Below the pieces are notes generated by a model, which was given only the letters and a program-made list of their open reading frames with translations, was not told the DNA's origin and ran no database searches. From Balanoglossus misakiensis (Eukaryota > Animalia > Hemichordata): DNA of 64,000 nucleotides. Below are positions 13,701-27,746 of this stretch, piece after piece (the first letter of the stretch is position 1; each line of letters starts with the position of its first letter). The DNA lies in NCBI GenBank assembly GCA_040954595.2, contig CM082582.2:8186063-8250062 (forward strand). The letters are read 5' to 3'. Position numbers and translations under genes: made by a program.

Positions 13701-16700
13701 TGGGGATGAAGAGCCTAACCTGTTGTTAACTGTATGTGTAATGCAAAGAGCCAGCAATAATTTGCAATTTGTACCACGCTGTGTTGTAGGATACCTGAGC
13801 TTTTTTTCTCTCAGCCAGTGTGCGAGCACCAGTAGAGTTGCTTACATGGCATATATACACAATGAAAATCAATAGTGATAATTTGCAACACAGAGTAAAG
13901 CATATTGTCTGTCGTGTTTATGAAGTACATGTAGTACACATTTTTAAAATCAATTTATTGGAACTGATTTTGTATGAATAGGGTACTGAGAGTGAGATTG
14001 TTGTACGAAAACATTGATCTAAAGCTTTTCATGTGGAATTAATTATTTTTCACTTCTCAATTTGCTCAGGCATGAAATCACTGGAAAATTCTGATTTCCG
14101 GGACTTCATTATTTTGTCAGACAAAACGGACAGGAAATAATGAATTTGAATGAAAGCTAAGTCGCTTGTGGCAGGTCCATCAATAACCAGTTGTCAGATT
14201 ACTCTTTATCCCTGTTGGTGTACATAAATAATGTCATTAACTTGCTCACGACTTGAACATAAAAGAAGGAAACTGGAGGCAGTGAAACAAATAAAAGAAA
14301 TTTTAATCTGTTTTTGCAACTGATGTTTCTTTTTGTGACTAGATACTGTCCAGAATATCAATTTGTAGTTGGGAAGTCAAATGGAGATACTTTTACTGAA
14401 TTTGGACCAAACCACAGTGCCTGGTGAAAAGGAAATTGAGAACGAAATCTTTTGCTCAAATTTTCATTCTTATGAAAGTACTCTTCCTTTTTCTTGACAG
14501 GTGCTATACAGTATGTTCAAACAGTTTGCTTCCATGGGCGTGGAAAACATCAAGTCGGTGGACTACATCCTGGGGTTGACGTCCTTCTTGGTGATCAGCA
14601 TCGGCGGCACTCTCATCGGCGTGGTGTGGGGACTGCTGACGGCGTTTGTCACCAAATTCACCGACCACGTGCGAGTGATCGAACCTCTGTTCGTCTTCAT
14701 CATGAGCTATCTCTCCTACCTCACCGCGGAAGTCTTCGGGTTCTCCGGAATCATGGCGTAAGTTTGCAAGCCATTAACGTTTCCACATGTTTCCTTTTTT
14801 TCCTTGAAGCAATCGAGCTGGAACCAGTCTCCCAGAAAATTGAGAATTTGTGGCCAATTTAATGTCTGGTGACTGTGTAGTTTCAGAAAAACTAATTTGA
14901 AATGTATAGTTTTATGGATGGCTTGGTTGGCTATAAATTTGGGTATTGGAAACTAGACGCACAGTGTTTGCATTTTACCAGACAGAGTGGTGACTGCCAG
15001 GTTTGAAATTACCGAAAACTGACCACGCCGTTGCTGAATGCGATGGAAATTAGACCTTGTGAATTGGTTTGAAGCAGTTACAGAAATCACTGTATGAAGC
15101 CAATGAAAGTTTTGAGTGATACTGATACTAGTGCATGTTCTAAGGAAATGTCACATAGTATCGAAAACATCACGCAAATTTCAATCTGAAGTCGTGCGTG
15201 TCATCTGTAGAGAGATGATCATTATTCCCCGTTGAGCACAGCTTGGTTTATTGTCGAGGACTAAAAGCACATTAAATCCCCATGTTACTCCCATACCTGC
15301 GGTCTGCAGGGTGGATATATTTCGCGGATGTGTGCGTCTCCGCTTTGAGTGCGTGAGAATTTCTCAGTCGGTGGGTTATACTGAGATTGTGCAAGAAGGT
15401 GCAAAAAGTCAGTGACCCCTGTGTGACCTCCCGTGGGAAAGCGCCTGTGAAATCATCAGGCTCGCTCGTTGATGCACTACAATTGCACATGCATGAATAA
15501 ATTTACTGTATGTCCAGAGGTAGGAGAAGGATAATTCACATGTAACATATCTTGGCAGTTTGGATGTTTCCATGGTAATAGAGTGATCAGTGCAAGCTGT
15601 GAATCATATCTGTGTACCAGCCAATGTTAGATATTAATGGTTTTACCTTTGAAATATATTTCCTCATAAGTGTATTTCTGGAAGCATGCGTATACCAATG
15701 TTGTGTACATTTTTCAGTGGGAGATTTATTTAACATCAAAAGTTCCTGTTTCATATGTCATCCATCAAGTTATGACTAGAGTTTTTGTCTCTACCTTGGC
15801 TTGGTGTTTGCTGTTCTCGTTATGTGGTGGCAATAGCAGCTGAACTGAAACAGCGAAGACCCAGCCAAGATACAAAGATGGAACAACTATTTCCACAGCT
15901 GAATCTAATCAGATGGGGCACGTACTTGAACCTCTTCGGATGTTTCCTACCACCAGGAAAATATTATGCCGTTTCTCTCTATATTATAATGTCCACATGG
16001 TTTCTTGTTGGGGCAGCAGGGAATCCTGTTTGCTGTGTACAGTCTTGTTGCCAGGCAACACATCAACCAGTGGTGTGTGGCCAAGTTTTAACTGGAGATG
16101 AAGCCATATATGTATCGGGTGCCTTTGTTTACAGAGAGTCCTTGTTGATTTTAGTTTCATAACATTTTTGAAAAATTAATACATAACTGAAACCAAAGCA
16201 ATGCAGTGCCAAGGATTTTTCCTGCGTATGTGCACTCTTGTAGCCATAGCAACCAGTGTCTGTACTGAATCCCTCAGTAATACTTTGAAAGACTCATTTC
16301 TGCAAATCTCCCTGGAGGTGTATTTATCATTTTCAAGCAAAATTTGAAAACCTGCGAGCAAACTTTTTTTCTTCATATGATGTAAGACATTCCTTTTATC
16401 AACCCGGATTAAAACATTTGGATTGTTGTGGCCTTAGGTTAATGCTATTAACAGTAATGTTGAGAATAATAAGTTCAGTGGGGAAAGTGACCTTTAGACG
16501 TTTCTTCATATTCTTGTACAGGTATAGAGAGACATTAGTGATTGGCTGTTTTTCATCCTGTAGTGTTCATTCGGGATGTACACGCTCTATTGGAATACTT
16601 GTATTGTCTCGTCCCATTATTTTAAAATGATAATTGCTGGAAACCCCCACTTGCACTTTTTTATATTTCTCATAACATAATCCTTTATACATTTTTCATC

Positions 16701-19700
16701 TTTTTGTTTAACTTCACAGAATTGTGTTTTGTGGCATAATCATGAAGAAGTACGTGGAATGCAACATTTCTCAGAAGTCACACACAACAATAAAATATTT
16801 CATGAAGATGTTGAGCAGCATTAGCGAGACCATCATCTTCATGTTCCTGGGTTTATCTGCGGTTCGTGACGACCATGTCTGGGATGCGCCCTTCATATTT
16901 TGTACTCTGTTTTTCTGTCTCTTTTTCAGAGCCGTAGGTAAGAATGCATTTTGAGAATTTTTGAAGCTGATATTTCAAATTTTGTACCAGATTTCCCATT
17001 CTTTGTGGGCCATATAAAAGTACCAGTTACAAATACAACCACAAAATTTCCGCAAATGGCTTCTCAGATAACCACAAACTTTTGACCAATCAACAACCAC
17101 CTTTCAGCAGTTTCATTGAACCATCCAATCCGATTCCCACTTGCATTTCCCAGGTGTTATCATTCTGACAGCATTGGCGAATCAGTTCCGAGCTGTCAAA
17201 GTCAACAAAGTGGAGCAGTTCATCATGGCTTATGGTGGACTTCGCGGTGCTATAGCCTTCTCTCTGGTGATCCTTCTGGAAGCTCCCACAGCAGATCTGC
17301 AGACGAAGAAAGCCCTCATGGTCACCACTACCATGATCGTTGTGTTTTTTACTGTTTTTGTACAGGTATGTGCACATAGTTGTTAGTGGAAGACCATGAT
17401 AATTTTCCATCTTTATTTTCATGGTTCTGTAGTCAGAATTGGATCTTTGACATCTTGAGACCCCTTTAATCAGTGTATGTATTTTGTGCCAAAATAATTC
17501 AAATTGTAACATAGAACTCTTAATTAACCTATCACATTGAGAAATGTCTCACAAATAGTTTACACCAAGATCTCACACTTTTCAAATTCCAGTGTCAAAC
17601 AATTAATTACTTAACAGTACTGATTGCATTAAAATTTAAATGATCTGTGGAAATGAATCTTTATTCGGAAAGGCCGTTGGTTTTGCCATGCCACTATCCT
17701 TCAATATTCTAACCACGTTTGCGACCAAATAGCACTGACTCCCCTCTGAACTGTGACATTTTTGTGAGAAAGGAGAGTTGGTCTGATAACATGGGTGATA
17801 CTCTCGTATTCCATTTCATTCCATTGCTCTCTTTATTTCCAGGGAATGTCGATAAAACCCTTGGTGAATAAATTGAAAGTCAAGAGAAGCAACAAGCATA
17901 AACCCAGTATGGGTGAAAAGATATTTACAAGGGTAAGTTTTTACATGCAATTGAATTCTGGCTCCCTATCTCAACCCTGTCCACCCCCTAGTACATAATG
18001 GTTTAGCCTTGTCTGAAATACCGAAACCAGATTGTCATGGTAGTAAAGTTTGTCCAATCTCTTTGTAAGATAAACCGTATTAATCTAATACATGAGCAGT
18101 GTATTAAATAAATTCAAGTAAAATTGCTTAGATCATTGAATTATTCTTGCCAATTACACAAGTATTTTCCATTTGAAATCTAAAATCTGATATTGCATTT
18201 AGTTCAAACCTAATGTGTAGCTACAGAAATAATGAATTAATCATGATATGGAATTTATTTGGGGACTTTGCGCTTCTATGAAAAATTAGATTTCTGTCAT
18301 CAAGGTTGTGGCTGGGTGATCCTTCAAAGCACTCCTAAATTATAAATGCACACAAACGTAGCAACAGATTTGAGTGCCTTCATAAATCATATGAAGTAAT
18401 TTAGAGACTCTGCTTTTTCATAACATATGGCTATCATGTAGAAACATTGCTTGTCACAGTTTCATCAAAGTCATTCTACTAAACAAATTCTTTTCAAAGT
18501 ATTTTGTGTCCTGTCATTTTTTATCTTCAACGATAGTAGCAGTGGCTGGAAAAAATATGTACTGTACAAAAATACGTCATTTGCCTCCCATACAAATTGT
18601 ATTTCTGAGAATTATGGTTCTGTGTATTGAACCATTGTAAAATAAGGTTGGAACTATCAGTAGTGTGGAAAGGTAAATCGGTTTACGTAATGAAGCCCTT
18701 TGAAGCAGTTTGAAAAGAACGTAATTTTCTTTAGTGAGGTACTCAATCCTTTCCTGTCCAGAATTTCTTTTTTTTTCCAGTTCAGTTGATTAACAAAATG
18801 TTGCTTCCGTATTGTACGTAACCATGGATACTAGCTGTCGGTGATTGACCACACAGTTTGCAGTTTCTTTCTTTGTTTACACAGTGTCAGATATTCATAT
18901 CAGAAGGCTTGACCACCATGTTCTCAAGTTGCCCAGTTCTTTGAAGTAATAGTGTTTTTTTTCACAGGAACTATCACCAAGAGAATAGTGCCTACTTTGA
19001 AACTCACTTGAAAACACTTTCCTTGTTATATTGAGAAAATTCCATGAAAACTTGCCTTGTCAGTATAATTGCAATACAAAATGTTTGGCCGTTTTCAAAA
19101 TCTCTGTCGAATTGTCTCCCTGATGACAAGGGGAACCTCAGATAACATCAGATTACATCAGATTTCCAAAAACATCATTTGAAGAAGACCCCATATAATC
19201 TTGAATACAATTTATTTTTCACCCATACATGATCAGAGAAAGGGATAACAAAAATATTCCAGATTTCAGCACAATACAAAGTTCACAGACTGCGTAGCCT
19301 GAACAACATCGACAAGGCATTTTAGCCGTGGGCGGAATACTGATTTTGTACCTAACAGATTAGTTACATGGCTGAATCAAAATGATTCTAAGCCTGAGAT
19401 TTACTACCACATCAATTTGCAGTTGTTGGATCACTCTATGGCAGGCATTGAAGATATCATTGGTTCCCATGGACACAATTACTGGAGAGACAAGTATGTT
19501 ATTTCTGGTTTACTTTTTTTTTTACAAGCACTGCATCTCGGTTTGGTCGTGTGTGCAGAGAATAATTGATGTGGACTGATGGGTACATTAGAGTGATGAT
19601 GTCATGTTTGACATTAAATGAACCTTGAAAATTGTTGCTGGAGGGGTTTATCCAAATTTTGATCGCCCAAAGTGGAAAATAATAAAACCTGATTTCCTCC

Positions 19701-22700
19701 AGCAGTTATTCTCATCTTACAAATTGAATTGTTATTTTCTCAAAAGTTTTGGAAATCGTAATTATTTATGCCTACAGGATTAAATTTCCTGGGCTTTCTG
19801 AGAGAAGTTCTGCAGGCTCAATCAATCATGAAAGTGCCCTTATCATTTTGAAAGGAACATTGTGATTGGCTGTCGCGGTCACTGAAGTGACCAATTACAT
19901 AACTGGACTACAGCGACAAACTTATCCTGTCACTCACGGTGCTCTCTGGCCCCCCTCCCCTCGATGAGAGATTGGGAAGCAAAACAGAACAACTCAAGTG
20001 ATGGATCTGCCATCGATGAATACATCGTATGGCTGTACAAACAACCATCAATGATTGGTTGCTTGGCAATGTCATTTAGGGTCAGATTCCCAGAATGCAC
20101 CATCAAGTGCAGTCCCAGCATACTAAGTATACATTTCAGGGATCCACAGAATTTACCGTCTTGAACTTTAACCCCTGACCTTTGTACTTTCATCGTCACG
20201 CTACAGATATGAAGACATGGATCGGAGATACCTGATGCCTCTGTTGCTACGGGAACTGCCAGAATCCAAAGATTCGCAGATCTTGCAAGTTTACACCAAC
20301 CTGAACATCAAAGATGCGATGGAGTATGTGAAAAGTGCGGGCTCTTTCAACATCTATCGTGGAACGGGCAGTATGGCCAATTTCATCCGTCGCAATGCAT
20401 CCACCTCTATGTTTGGCCAGGATTCAGAAGGAAGGTATAAAGAAGCTGTTCTATTATAAGTTAAATTCACACCACTAAACCACTGTACGCATTATTAATT
20501 AACCTCTTCACCGCCATGGTTCAGTCCTACCCCATTATTTCCTATATGTTGGACCTCTAATGAGAGAACTATAGGGTTGAAAGGGTTAAAGTGAATTCAG
20601 ACTGGGATTTCATCAACTTTGAGGCTATAGTTGTCAAAAGCATCATACCAATCAGGGTGTCCAGTGTTTAAAGGAATTGATGCAGAATAGTTATGACATT
20701 TCCAGAGTGAAACTGGAGACCAGTTTCCCATGTAATAAGAGCTGGTCTCCCCGAACAGTTCTTTGTCAGGCAAATTGATAACAGGAATGGCAGATGTAAC
20801 ATTTGAGAAATCTGACATTTGTAAATGTCATTATTGACATCATTATGTGATCATTTGAACCTCTCCATTATATCATTAAAGGTACTGAAATTTTGGTGAA
20901 TTGAAATCTAATTTTACAAATTCCATATCAATTTAACCAAGGCACTCCACAGTCATACACAATGATATTTCACAATTCTGATTAATGCAAGGCTTCCTGC
21001 ATTTTTTAAAATGAATTCCTGACTTGATCTGAACAGTTCATTATAAGACACTGAAAAGTGAGACATTATTAAGTTTTATTGTTCTGATGAATTCGTCACG
21101 AACTGATCAAAATATCAGAATGTTATGTCAAAACACCTACTTGTCAATTTGACGCACCTCTAGAATTGACACTGATCACTGGCAAACACCCATCACCCAT
21201 GCACGTAATTGCAACATAATTGACCACCCAGGTAGACTAGTTAATAACCTCCTCAGCTTCTGACACCAGTGAGTGAAACCTCGCGAGTCAACCGCATTTT
21301 CACCGACCCCTGGAAAAATAATGAATGACAAGCAATCACTGTGAGTCTCCCCTACAAGGCTGCTACTTGTTATTGACATAATATCAGCAGTGCAGGTGGT
21401 CGGAGCCCGTAAAAATGTGATTGCAGAAGTTGACTTGTGTGTGTTTTTTTTTGCTGTGTGACATTTTGTGTCAGTTGGGGTGTGGTACAATTCTGCAGGA
21501 TATTAAACCACCCACGGATGTGCCATTGAGTGTACGCTACGAAAACAGACAGGATGTGCGATGAACTATGTAAGATGACATAATGTCATTTTAATAAGAG
21601 GATAGTGCTTTTTGAAACATGCCTTGTGCATCAGTACGATTACTCTCGGGAAATACCCGGTACTTGCATGAATATTTTAAAATGTGGTACGAATGTGGAA
21701 TAAAGAGATGTACTCAAGGGTGTGAATTCATTGGTGATAATTTCTGGCCATTTTGACGATCATATTGATCCGAATGTATACAGTTTAATTACCATGCTTA
21801 ATATTCCAGTCCATTTAAATCTGATATTTGTGAAAATACAACCAACATTTATCATTATTTTGATTTCTTGCCAGTCTCCGTACCATCCCGCATGGCATGA
21901 GCGGTATATGCCTGGATATGCACAGCGTCGGTGGTGCTGGGGAGCTGGCTGCCAGGGAGATAGACGATGCTGAGTTACATCATTTACAAGACATGGTTCT
22001 GAGCAGTATGCACCAGCCGATCAGGAAGGTGAGGTCAAAGGTCGTGTCGCGCTCTCATAAAGCGCGCATCACAACTGTCATCATTTGTCATCATTTAAAA
22101 GGAACTGTCGCGTGTGTCTGTGTCGTTCAGCTCGTTAAAAAGTGCTGGCTCAGCAACTTGTGTGCCTCTGTGTGACTTTTACATCCTGGCATTTTTGATT
22201 GCTGCAGGTTTGAATTTCTTCTCCAAGTCATCTATTCTGTTTCACTTTATTTGTTTCTAGTGTGTTGCAACTTTTACTCGCCAAAAATTGCCTTTTTCAG
22301 TTGAACGATGAAAAACCATGTACGAACACAAATGCCGGGATGTACATATAAGGTTCAATGCAGAGTTCATGGCTATATGGCCAATTGCCCTTCTTTTGGG
22401 AATTGCTTTATGCTGCTTGTAGTAATTGAAAATTTAGTTTGCCTGATGCATGAGTGATCATACTATTGCAACTTTACTGTGGTTTGCAGGTCTTAAGAGG
22501 GCGCTATCTGCAGGTAAATTAGCTGTATGCTGACAGTTGTGGTTTGAGTGCCCCCTTACAAACAGTGCTAACTTTTTTCACCATCTTTGCTGCAAGGTAT
22601 AAGTTTGGCTGTTGGTGTTGAAAGTTTTAAGGAGGACATTGCACTACTCGGGTATACACTTGAAGTTGACTATTGTTATCGTCACTAACAAATCATTTAA

Positions 22701-25700
22701 TATGACAGGATTTCTGGTGATGATAGGGTTGATTTTCACATCAGCTTACAACACTTTGACTGGTACACATTTCTGAAATCTCATTGCAGTGTGACTGTGT
22801 TCAGTTTCTGTGCGTTCCTCCCTGTAACACACGAGTGGTGTGATACGTACATTTAGTTTTTTCTAACAAGTTTGATTTTGGAAAGATTTCTGATGGTGGA
22901 CAGATTGTGTGTTGTCATGGGGTATACACAGTATATCACATTTATTTGCTTTCCATGAAATAGTCACACATGCAGAAATTGTGACCATGCTGTTTTTGGT
23001 TTCCAATTTAAAATGAGGAAGTTACGGCTATTAAACAATGTAAGTTCACTTTTTGATGACATTGTGCACTGTTTGTTGTTTCAGGACCGGTGCAGGAGAA
23101 TGAGCAGCCGTTTACCTGAAGCAGACAGCGATCAGAATTTATTGCACAGGAGCGTCCACCTCCACCTTCGTCACGTCGTGAAACAGAGGAAGAAACGAGC
23201 CAGAATGGCACGGAGCAAAGCAGCTGGGCGTCACAACGGAAGCACGGTCATGGAGAATGGGGGTCAGAAGTTGAGGGTGCCAGATAAAGAATTTGAAGGC
23301 AGAACGAAGATTTCTGGTGAGGATGAATAGATGTTATAGAGGGTGGACAGATGAACAATTCTGATATACAGTTTTGGCACTGTAGATCTCAGTGAGTTGA
23401 GTCTTGAGAACTGACTATTTTTATTGTACTTTTCACACAAAGTAAAATATGAAAACTAGGAAAAATTTGGTTGTCAATGATTAAAAACATTACGTACGGC
23501 CTTATTAATTATTCACCACTATTGAAACATCGTTTCTTCAACAGGACCAGTACAGGTCAAAGTGTACCCACCACAACCAGAGCCATTGGATTTAGATGAT
23601 GAGGGCGGTATAACTTTCACAGCACGTCCAGGTAAACTATTTGCATTTGGTCTTATGTGAACAGTTTTTACTGTAACAATTCTGTAACTTATACTTGAAG
23701 ATGACACATCCCATGTTCTTTCATCTATTTAATTATTTTTTTCTAAGTCTCATATCATGTCATTTTTAGGAAATATTTGTATGTGTGTTGTTGACAATTT
23801 CAGTAGACTGTCATTCTCCCTTCTTTGATGTCAGTAATTTGTTTTATTTCTGTAATTTTCATGTATTTTTTTTTCCTGTTCCATCCTCATGTGTTGTTCT
23901 GTGACTCAGTGCCTGATAGCCCTTCACCCGGTCCCTATTTGGAAGTCCCTGCCAAATCACGTTGTAAGTACCGATAACCCATATCCAGACTTCGTCATGA
24001 AAATGCACATTTTTGTCAAAAAGGTGGTGTTTTAATTTTAAAAAGTAGACTCTTAGGGATGATAGATAATGTACAATTCTCTTTTTTCCTCCTTTCTTTA
24101 AAGTCAATGTGGAAATCATATTGGAGTTCTCAGAAATGGATGTTTTGATCATACATAATTGATAATCCCCTAGCAAATTCTATATGATTCTTTTTTGTAA
24201 ATAGTGAAATAAATTGAGGGTTCATTGTGTATCTATATGCACCATCCCAAATTGCCAGAGACATTTTAATTTTCTTTTCTTTCAAGAACTGTCACTTTTA
24301 CTATTTTAAAGTAGACCTGAACCCATATTGATAATTTCTTTTCTATATCTTTCCTCCATTCTATGGTATAATGTTTTTAATTTCTTTTTTCTGTCATTTT
24401 GACTTCCTTTTTTTTCTATTCTTTTTCTGTTCTCTATCTTAGTTCATTATCATCATACTCCTCCTCATTTAGATGTTCCTCCAGAGTCGCCCCGTAAGTA
24501 TCGCAACCCAGAAATATATTTCACTGTCATACACTTTGATATGTAGCATTGGTAGTCTTGACTCCATAAAAGATGATTTTCCGCTCATTGCGAGATCTTG
24601 CAATTCCACATGCACCCAACCCACAACAATATCATCTGTGATATTCTTCTATGTCTCTTTACTTCCAACACAGTTGTAATTTCACTTTTCACTTCACCCA
24701 TGAACCTAGTCCATGTAGCATTAGGTTCACTATAAAAGTATCTGTTTATCCAAGCATGCTATTTCAGCCCATACTGAGATTTAGTTGATAACTATTGTTA
24801 TTTGAAGAAATCAAACAATTTTATTCACTTTTCAACCATCATGGTACCAGTGGACATCGCTGCTTTGCTATGCTAAATCGCTATGCTTAACTAGCTGGGG
24901 TCAAAATTAAAATAAAACAGTTCCACGCAAATATTGACCACTCCATACTGTATAATAGAAATCCATAGATAATGTTTTCTGTAAATAGTTGGTTTCCAAA
25001 AAAGCAGACCGTCTAAATTTTATTTTCTTAATTGTTAACCAGTGTTGATGGAAAAGGCCATGCTCTTCACAATAGCAGGTAAGAATGAAAAAAAGAGCAT
25101 ATGACAAAGGAGGCATGAAAGGAAATCTTCCCAAAATACTCTCTCAGCCCAATCCTGATATTGATCACATTGTACACTCTGCCCTGCATGCACTAACACT
25201 CATATGTTGTTTTTTTATTTTGTTTGTGATTTTATTTTATTTTTTTTGGTGTGTTTCTTTGTTTGCTAGTAAGGTCTTTTTTGTTTGTTTTTCTTATATT
25301 TTTCTTACATTTTATTAGCAGCGAAATCTCTAAGAAATCGCCCAGCCAGCTTATTGAGCGTAACAGTAATGCCGAAAGACTGGTACCTGAGTGTGGCAGG
25401 GTTATTGCTAAGACTAACTACATTTTAAAATATGAACTAAATAAAGAACCGTGAACAAATGTAGACATTCTTTGAAAGGGAAGAAGTTTTTGCACCGGTG
25501 ATCCAATACACTTAATGTACTGTAATGTGTTATCAGTTGTTTAATAGTCACTAGAGAAATGCAACAAAATAATGTATGTACTTCTAGCACAATCTGTGAA
25601 AATTCAGTGGAAACTTGAAAGATGTAAAAGTGTGCCCTCAATGTCCAGATCGACTGTCAGAACGCATTCGAAAAACCAAAAATCCCTAGGCCTATCTTAA

Positions 25701-27746
25701 GAGTGGAAATGTCTTAATTCTAACACTAACATGTTCTGTGGTGGTTGGAAACTGTGTGATATAAATGATTAACCAATCAAGAATTTGGTTTCATCAAAAT
25801 TTTCTTCTTGACTGTTTACAGCTAGGCTGTCACATCCAATGGCTGAATTTTTCTTCTTCAACAGAAACCGAAACAGATGCCCTACTTGGTTCGCCTCGTA
25901 CATCCGTTACCGTGGAAACACCCACAGCAGCTGAGACGGACGACGAAGAAGACATCATGGAACCGACGGCGGCCGAGTCCTGGCTGCCCTGGAAGGAGTT
26001 CTCGGACCAGCCCCGGGTGTCGGAGAGGGCCGCGGAGGAGACCCTGGGCGTTTTCGGAATCCCGGTGGAGGTGCTGCTCACGCCCAAGCAGTGCGAGGAG
26101 GAGGAGCTCCAAGGTATAGTGCGGGAGCGCAGAAACAGTCTGCAGTCGTACGCTCCCCAGAGGCGGGGCAGCGTGGACAGCGTCAACGCCGTGCCCAAGG
26201 GCAGCAAGGTCATCCGCCGGCTGTTGCTTCGGCGACAGAGCGAGACCACGCCGCCCAATCACTACGCGCTCATGCTGCCCAGTTCGCCGCCGCGCATGAG
26301 ACGACACAGTGACATTCGTCCCTACGACTACCACGCAGTGCCTCAGGACGACGATGGCGTCGGCGACTCGCCGGCTCATTGCTTGAAAAATTTCAGCCCT
26401 CAACTTTCCCGCCATCATCACCACCATCACCACCACCATCATGAACACCATCCTCACAGAAGCAGTAAGTACAGTGCGTGCATGGAACATGTCAAATTTT
26501 GTCTTTATGTTCAAAGTTGCGGTGTTGTTCTGTTGTAAAATACATTGTATAACATTTAATAAGCATCATCAAGTCAAAAGCAAATACCATCAAAATCCTG
26601 AGTTCATGTGTTCCATTGGTGTATATACATGTAGTTTGTTTTTGTTTTGTATTATTTTAAATATACCCTGGTACATTTCATATTCAAAGTAATTTACAGT
26701 ACACTATATTGCATGCCTGTGGAAAAAGGGGACACCACACTAAACTACACAATAGTATGTGGACGAAAAAGCTGCTTTCACACATTGTAAAAGACCCTCC
26801 TCACATAATTTTTCCCCAACTATATATTTACACCATTTTGTGTCAAGTTAAGGTTGGGATCAAGTCAGTAATTTTGCCACATTTGCCCACAATGCTAAAA
26901 ATTAATTCTGCAATACCTACCCATATATTCCCGAATCCATATCTGATCACACATGACGAAAACATCATGGAAAATCATTCCATTATAGAATTGCCTGATC
27001 CTGTCAGACTGCTATCACACACCTGACTCCATGAGTGAACGCTGTTTCACCAATCACAAAACAGCTGCATTTCAAATGCGCTTGACATACATAACGCCAG
27101 CCAATCACATGACAAACAAAGCAGCAGTTGCAAGGAGAATCAGCTATCTGACCAATCACAGAGTAGCCCCATTCACAGTTGATTCACCAATCACATTGTG
27201 CAGATACATCAGTTGACATGGACACATCCTCCAAATATATCACCCCAGTCTGGTTCTCTGACCCATTCTGCCATTGCAATCACAAAAAGGGTCTGGTACG
27301 CGCCGTTGTAGCCGTTCAAGTCATTGGCCAATGTACTGAGCATTCCAATTGGTGAATATACCCCGGTATATTTCATTCGTCTCTGAAACAGGCCTTTATA
27401 GACAGGTGGCCTTTAAACAGCTAGTAAATTGGACAGGAATTGTAACCAAGTGGCCACTATAACAGTAGACACCTTTCCATTATATAGAGGTGACCACTAA
27501 CGCAGGTTTGACTGTAATGTAATGGGTGAATTGGTCCCTTTATAAATGTCATTTCTCTTTCATCCTCTGCGTCTTCCAGGAGAAAGCCTGCAACAGGAGG
27601 ATGAGAACCAACTCCAGGTTGTCAATGAGGATCGTCGGGAAGACGTGGAACTTGTGCCGAGGATAGTCTTGTTCTCACCGCAGTCGACAGAAGACGTCAG
27701 GATCAACATATCAGATGAATCCCTGGAAAAAGAATCCACTGTTTGA
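1751..27746 (+). CDS. NHE: Sodium/hydrogen exchanger, plasma-membrane NHE clade (SLC9A1-5-like), ~1054 aa with all exons included
   Basis: Exons 1751-2033, 9324-9790, 14501-14757, 16720-16937, 17154-17365, 17843-17932, 19423-19493, 20207-20434, 21875-22028, (22490-22513), 23085-23316, 23545-23631, (23910-23963), (24473-24493), 25865-26464, 27580-27746. All introns are GT-AG, phases are consistent, total 3165 nt. NHE motifs: [76 protein letters not shown]. Signal-peptide-like N-terminus; ends ESTV*. Bracketed exons are less certain. Confidence 0.95.
2754..2778 (+). repeat. Poly-G run (~25 nt); similar runs at 63921-63944 (G) and 37510-37522 (C)
   Basis: Homopolymers seen directly. Confidence 0.9.
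9324..9790 (+). CDS. NHE: NHE exon 2 (core transport helices)
   Basis: [21 protein letters not shown]...[33 protein letters not shown]...[37 protein letters not shown]; flanked by cag and gtaagt. Confidence 0.97.
20499..20589 (+). mobile_element. TTAA-flanked MITE, copy 1 (piggyBac-like ends)
   Basis: ttaacctcttcaccgccatggttcagtcc...gggttgaaagggttaa; homologous to copies at 42603, 48005 and 51830. Confidence 0.75.
25865..26464 (+). CDS. NHE: NHE cytoplasmic-tail exon (600 nt, phase 1-1) with LPWK motif, RRxS sites and poly-His
   Basis: GC-rich open frame between acceptor ttcttcaacag and donor gtaagt; contains ESWLPWK, RRNS, RRGS, RRQS, RRHS and H10-EHHPH. Confidence 0.85.
27391..27516 (-). 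mobile_element. Degenerate Tc1/pogo(Tigger)-like MITE end
   Basis: Internal subrepeats (gacaggtggccttta / gtggccacta / gaggtgaccacta) ending in caggtttgactgta, which reads TA-CAGTCAAACCTG on the minus strand. A similar left end tacagtaaaacttg lies at 42068. Confidence 0.4.

Noticed and set aside
21499-21564. Possible extra NHE exon [21 protein letters not shown]
   Set aside because: Phase does not match the preceding phase-2 exon; the matching frame hits a stop.
25830-26514. Long antisense/alternative-frame ORFs over GC-rich exons (also 30584-31597, 39325-39783, 60744-61178)
   Set aside because: Shadow ORFs expected from GC-rich codon usage; no recognisable motifs or independent splice structure.
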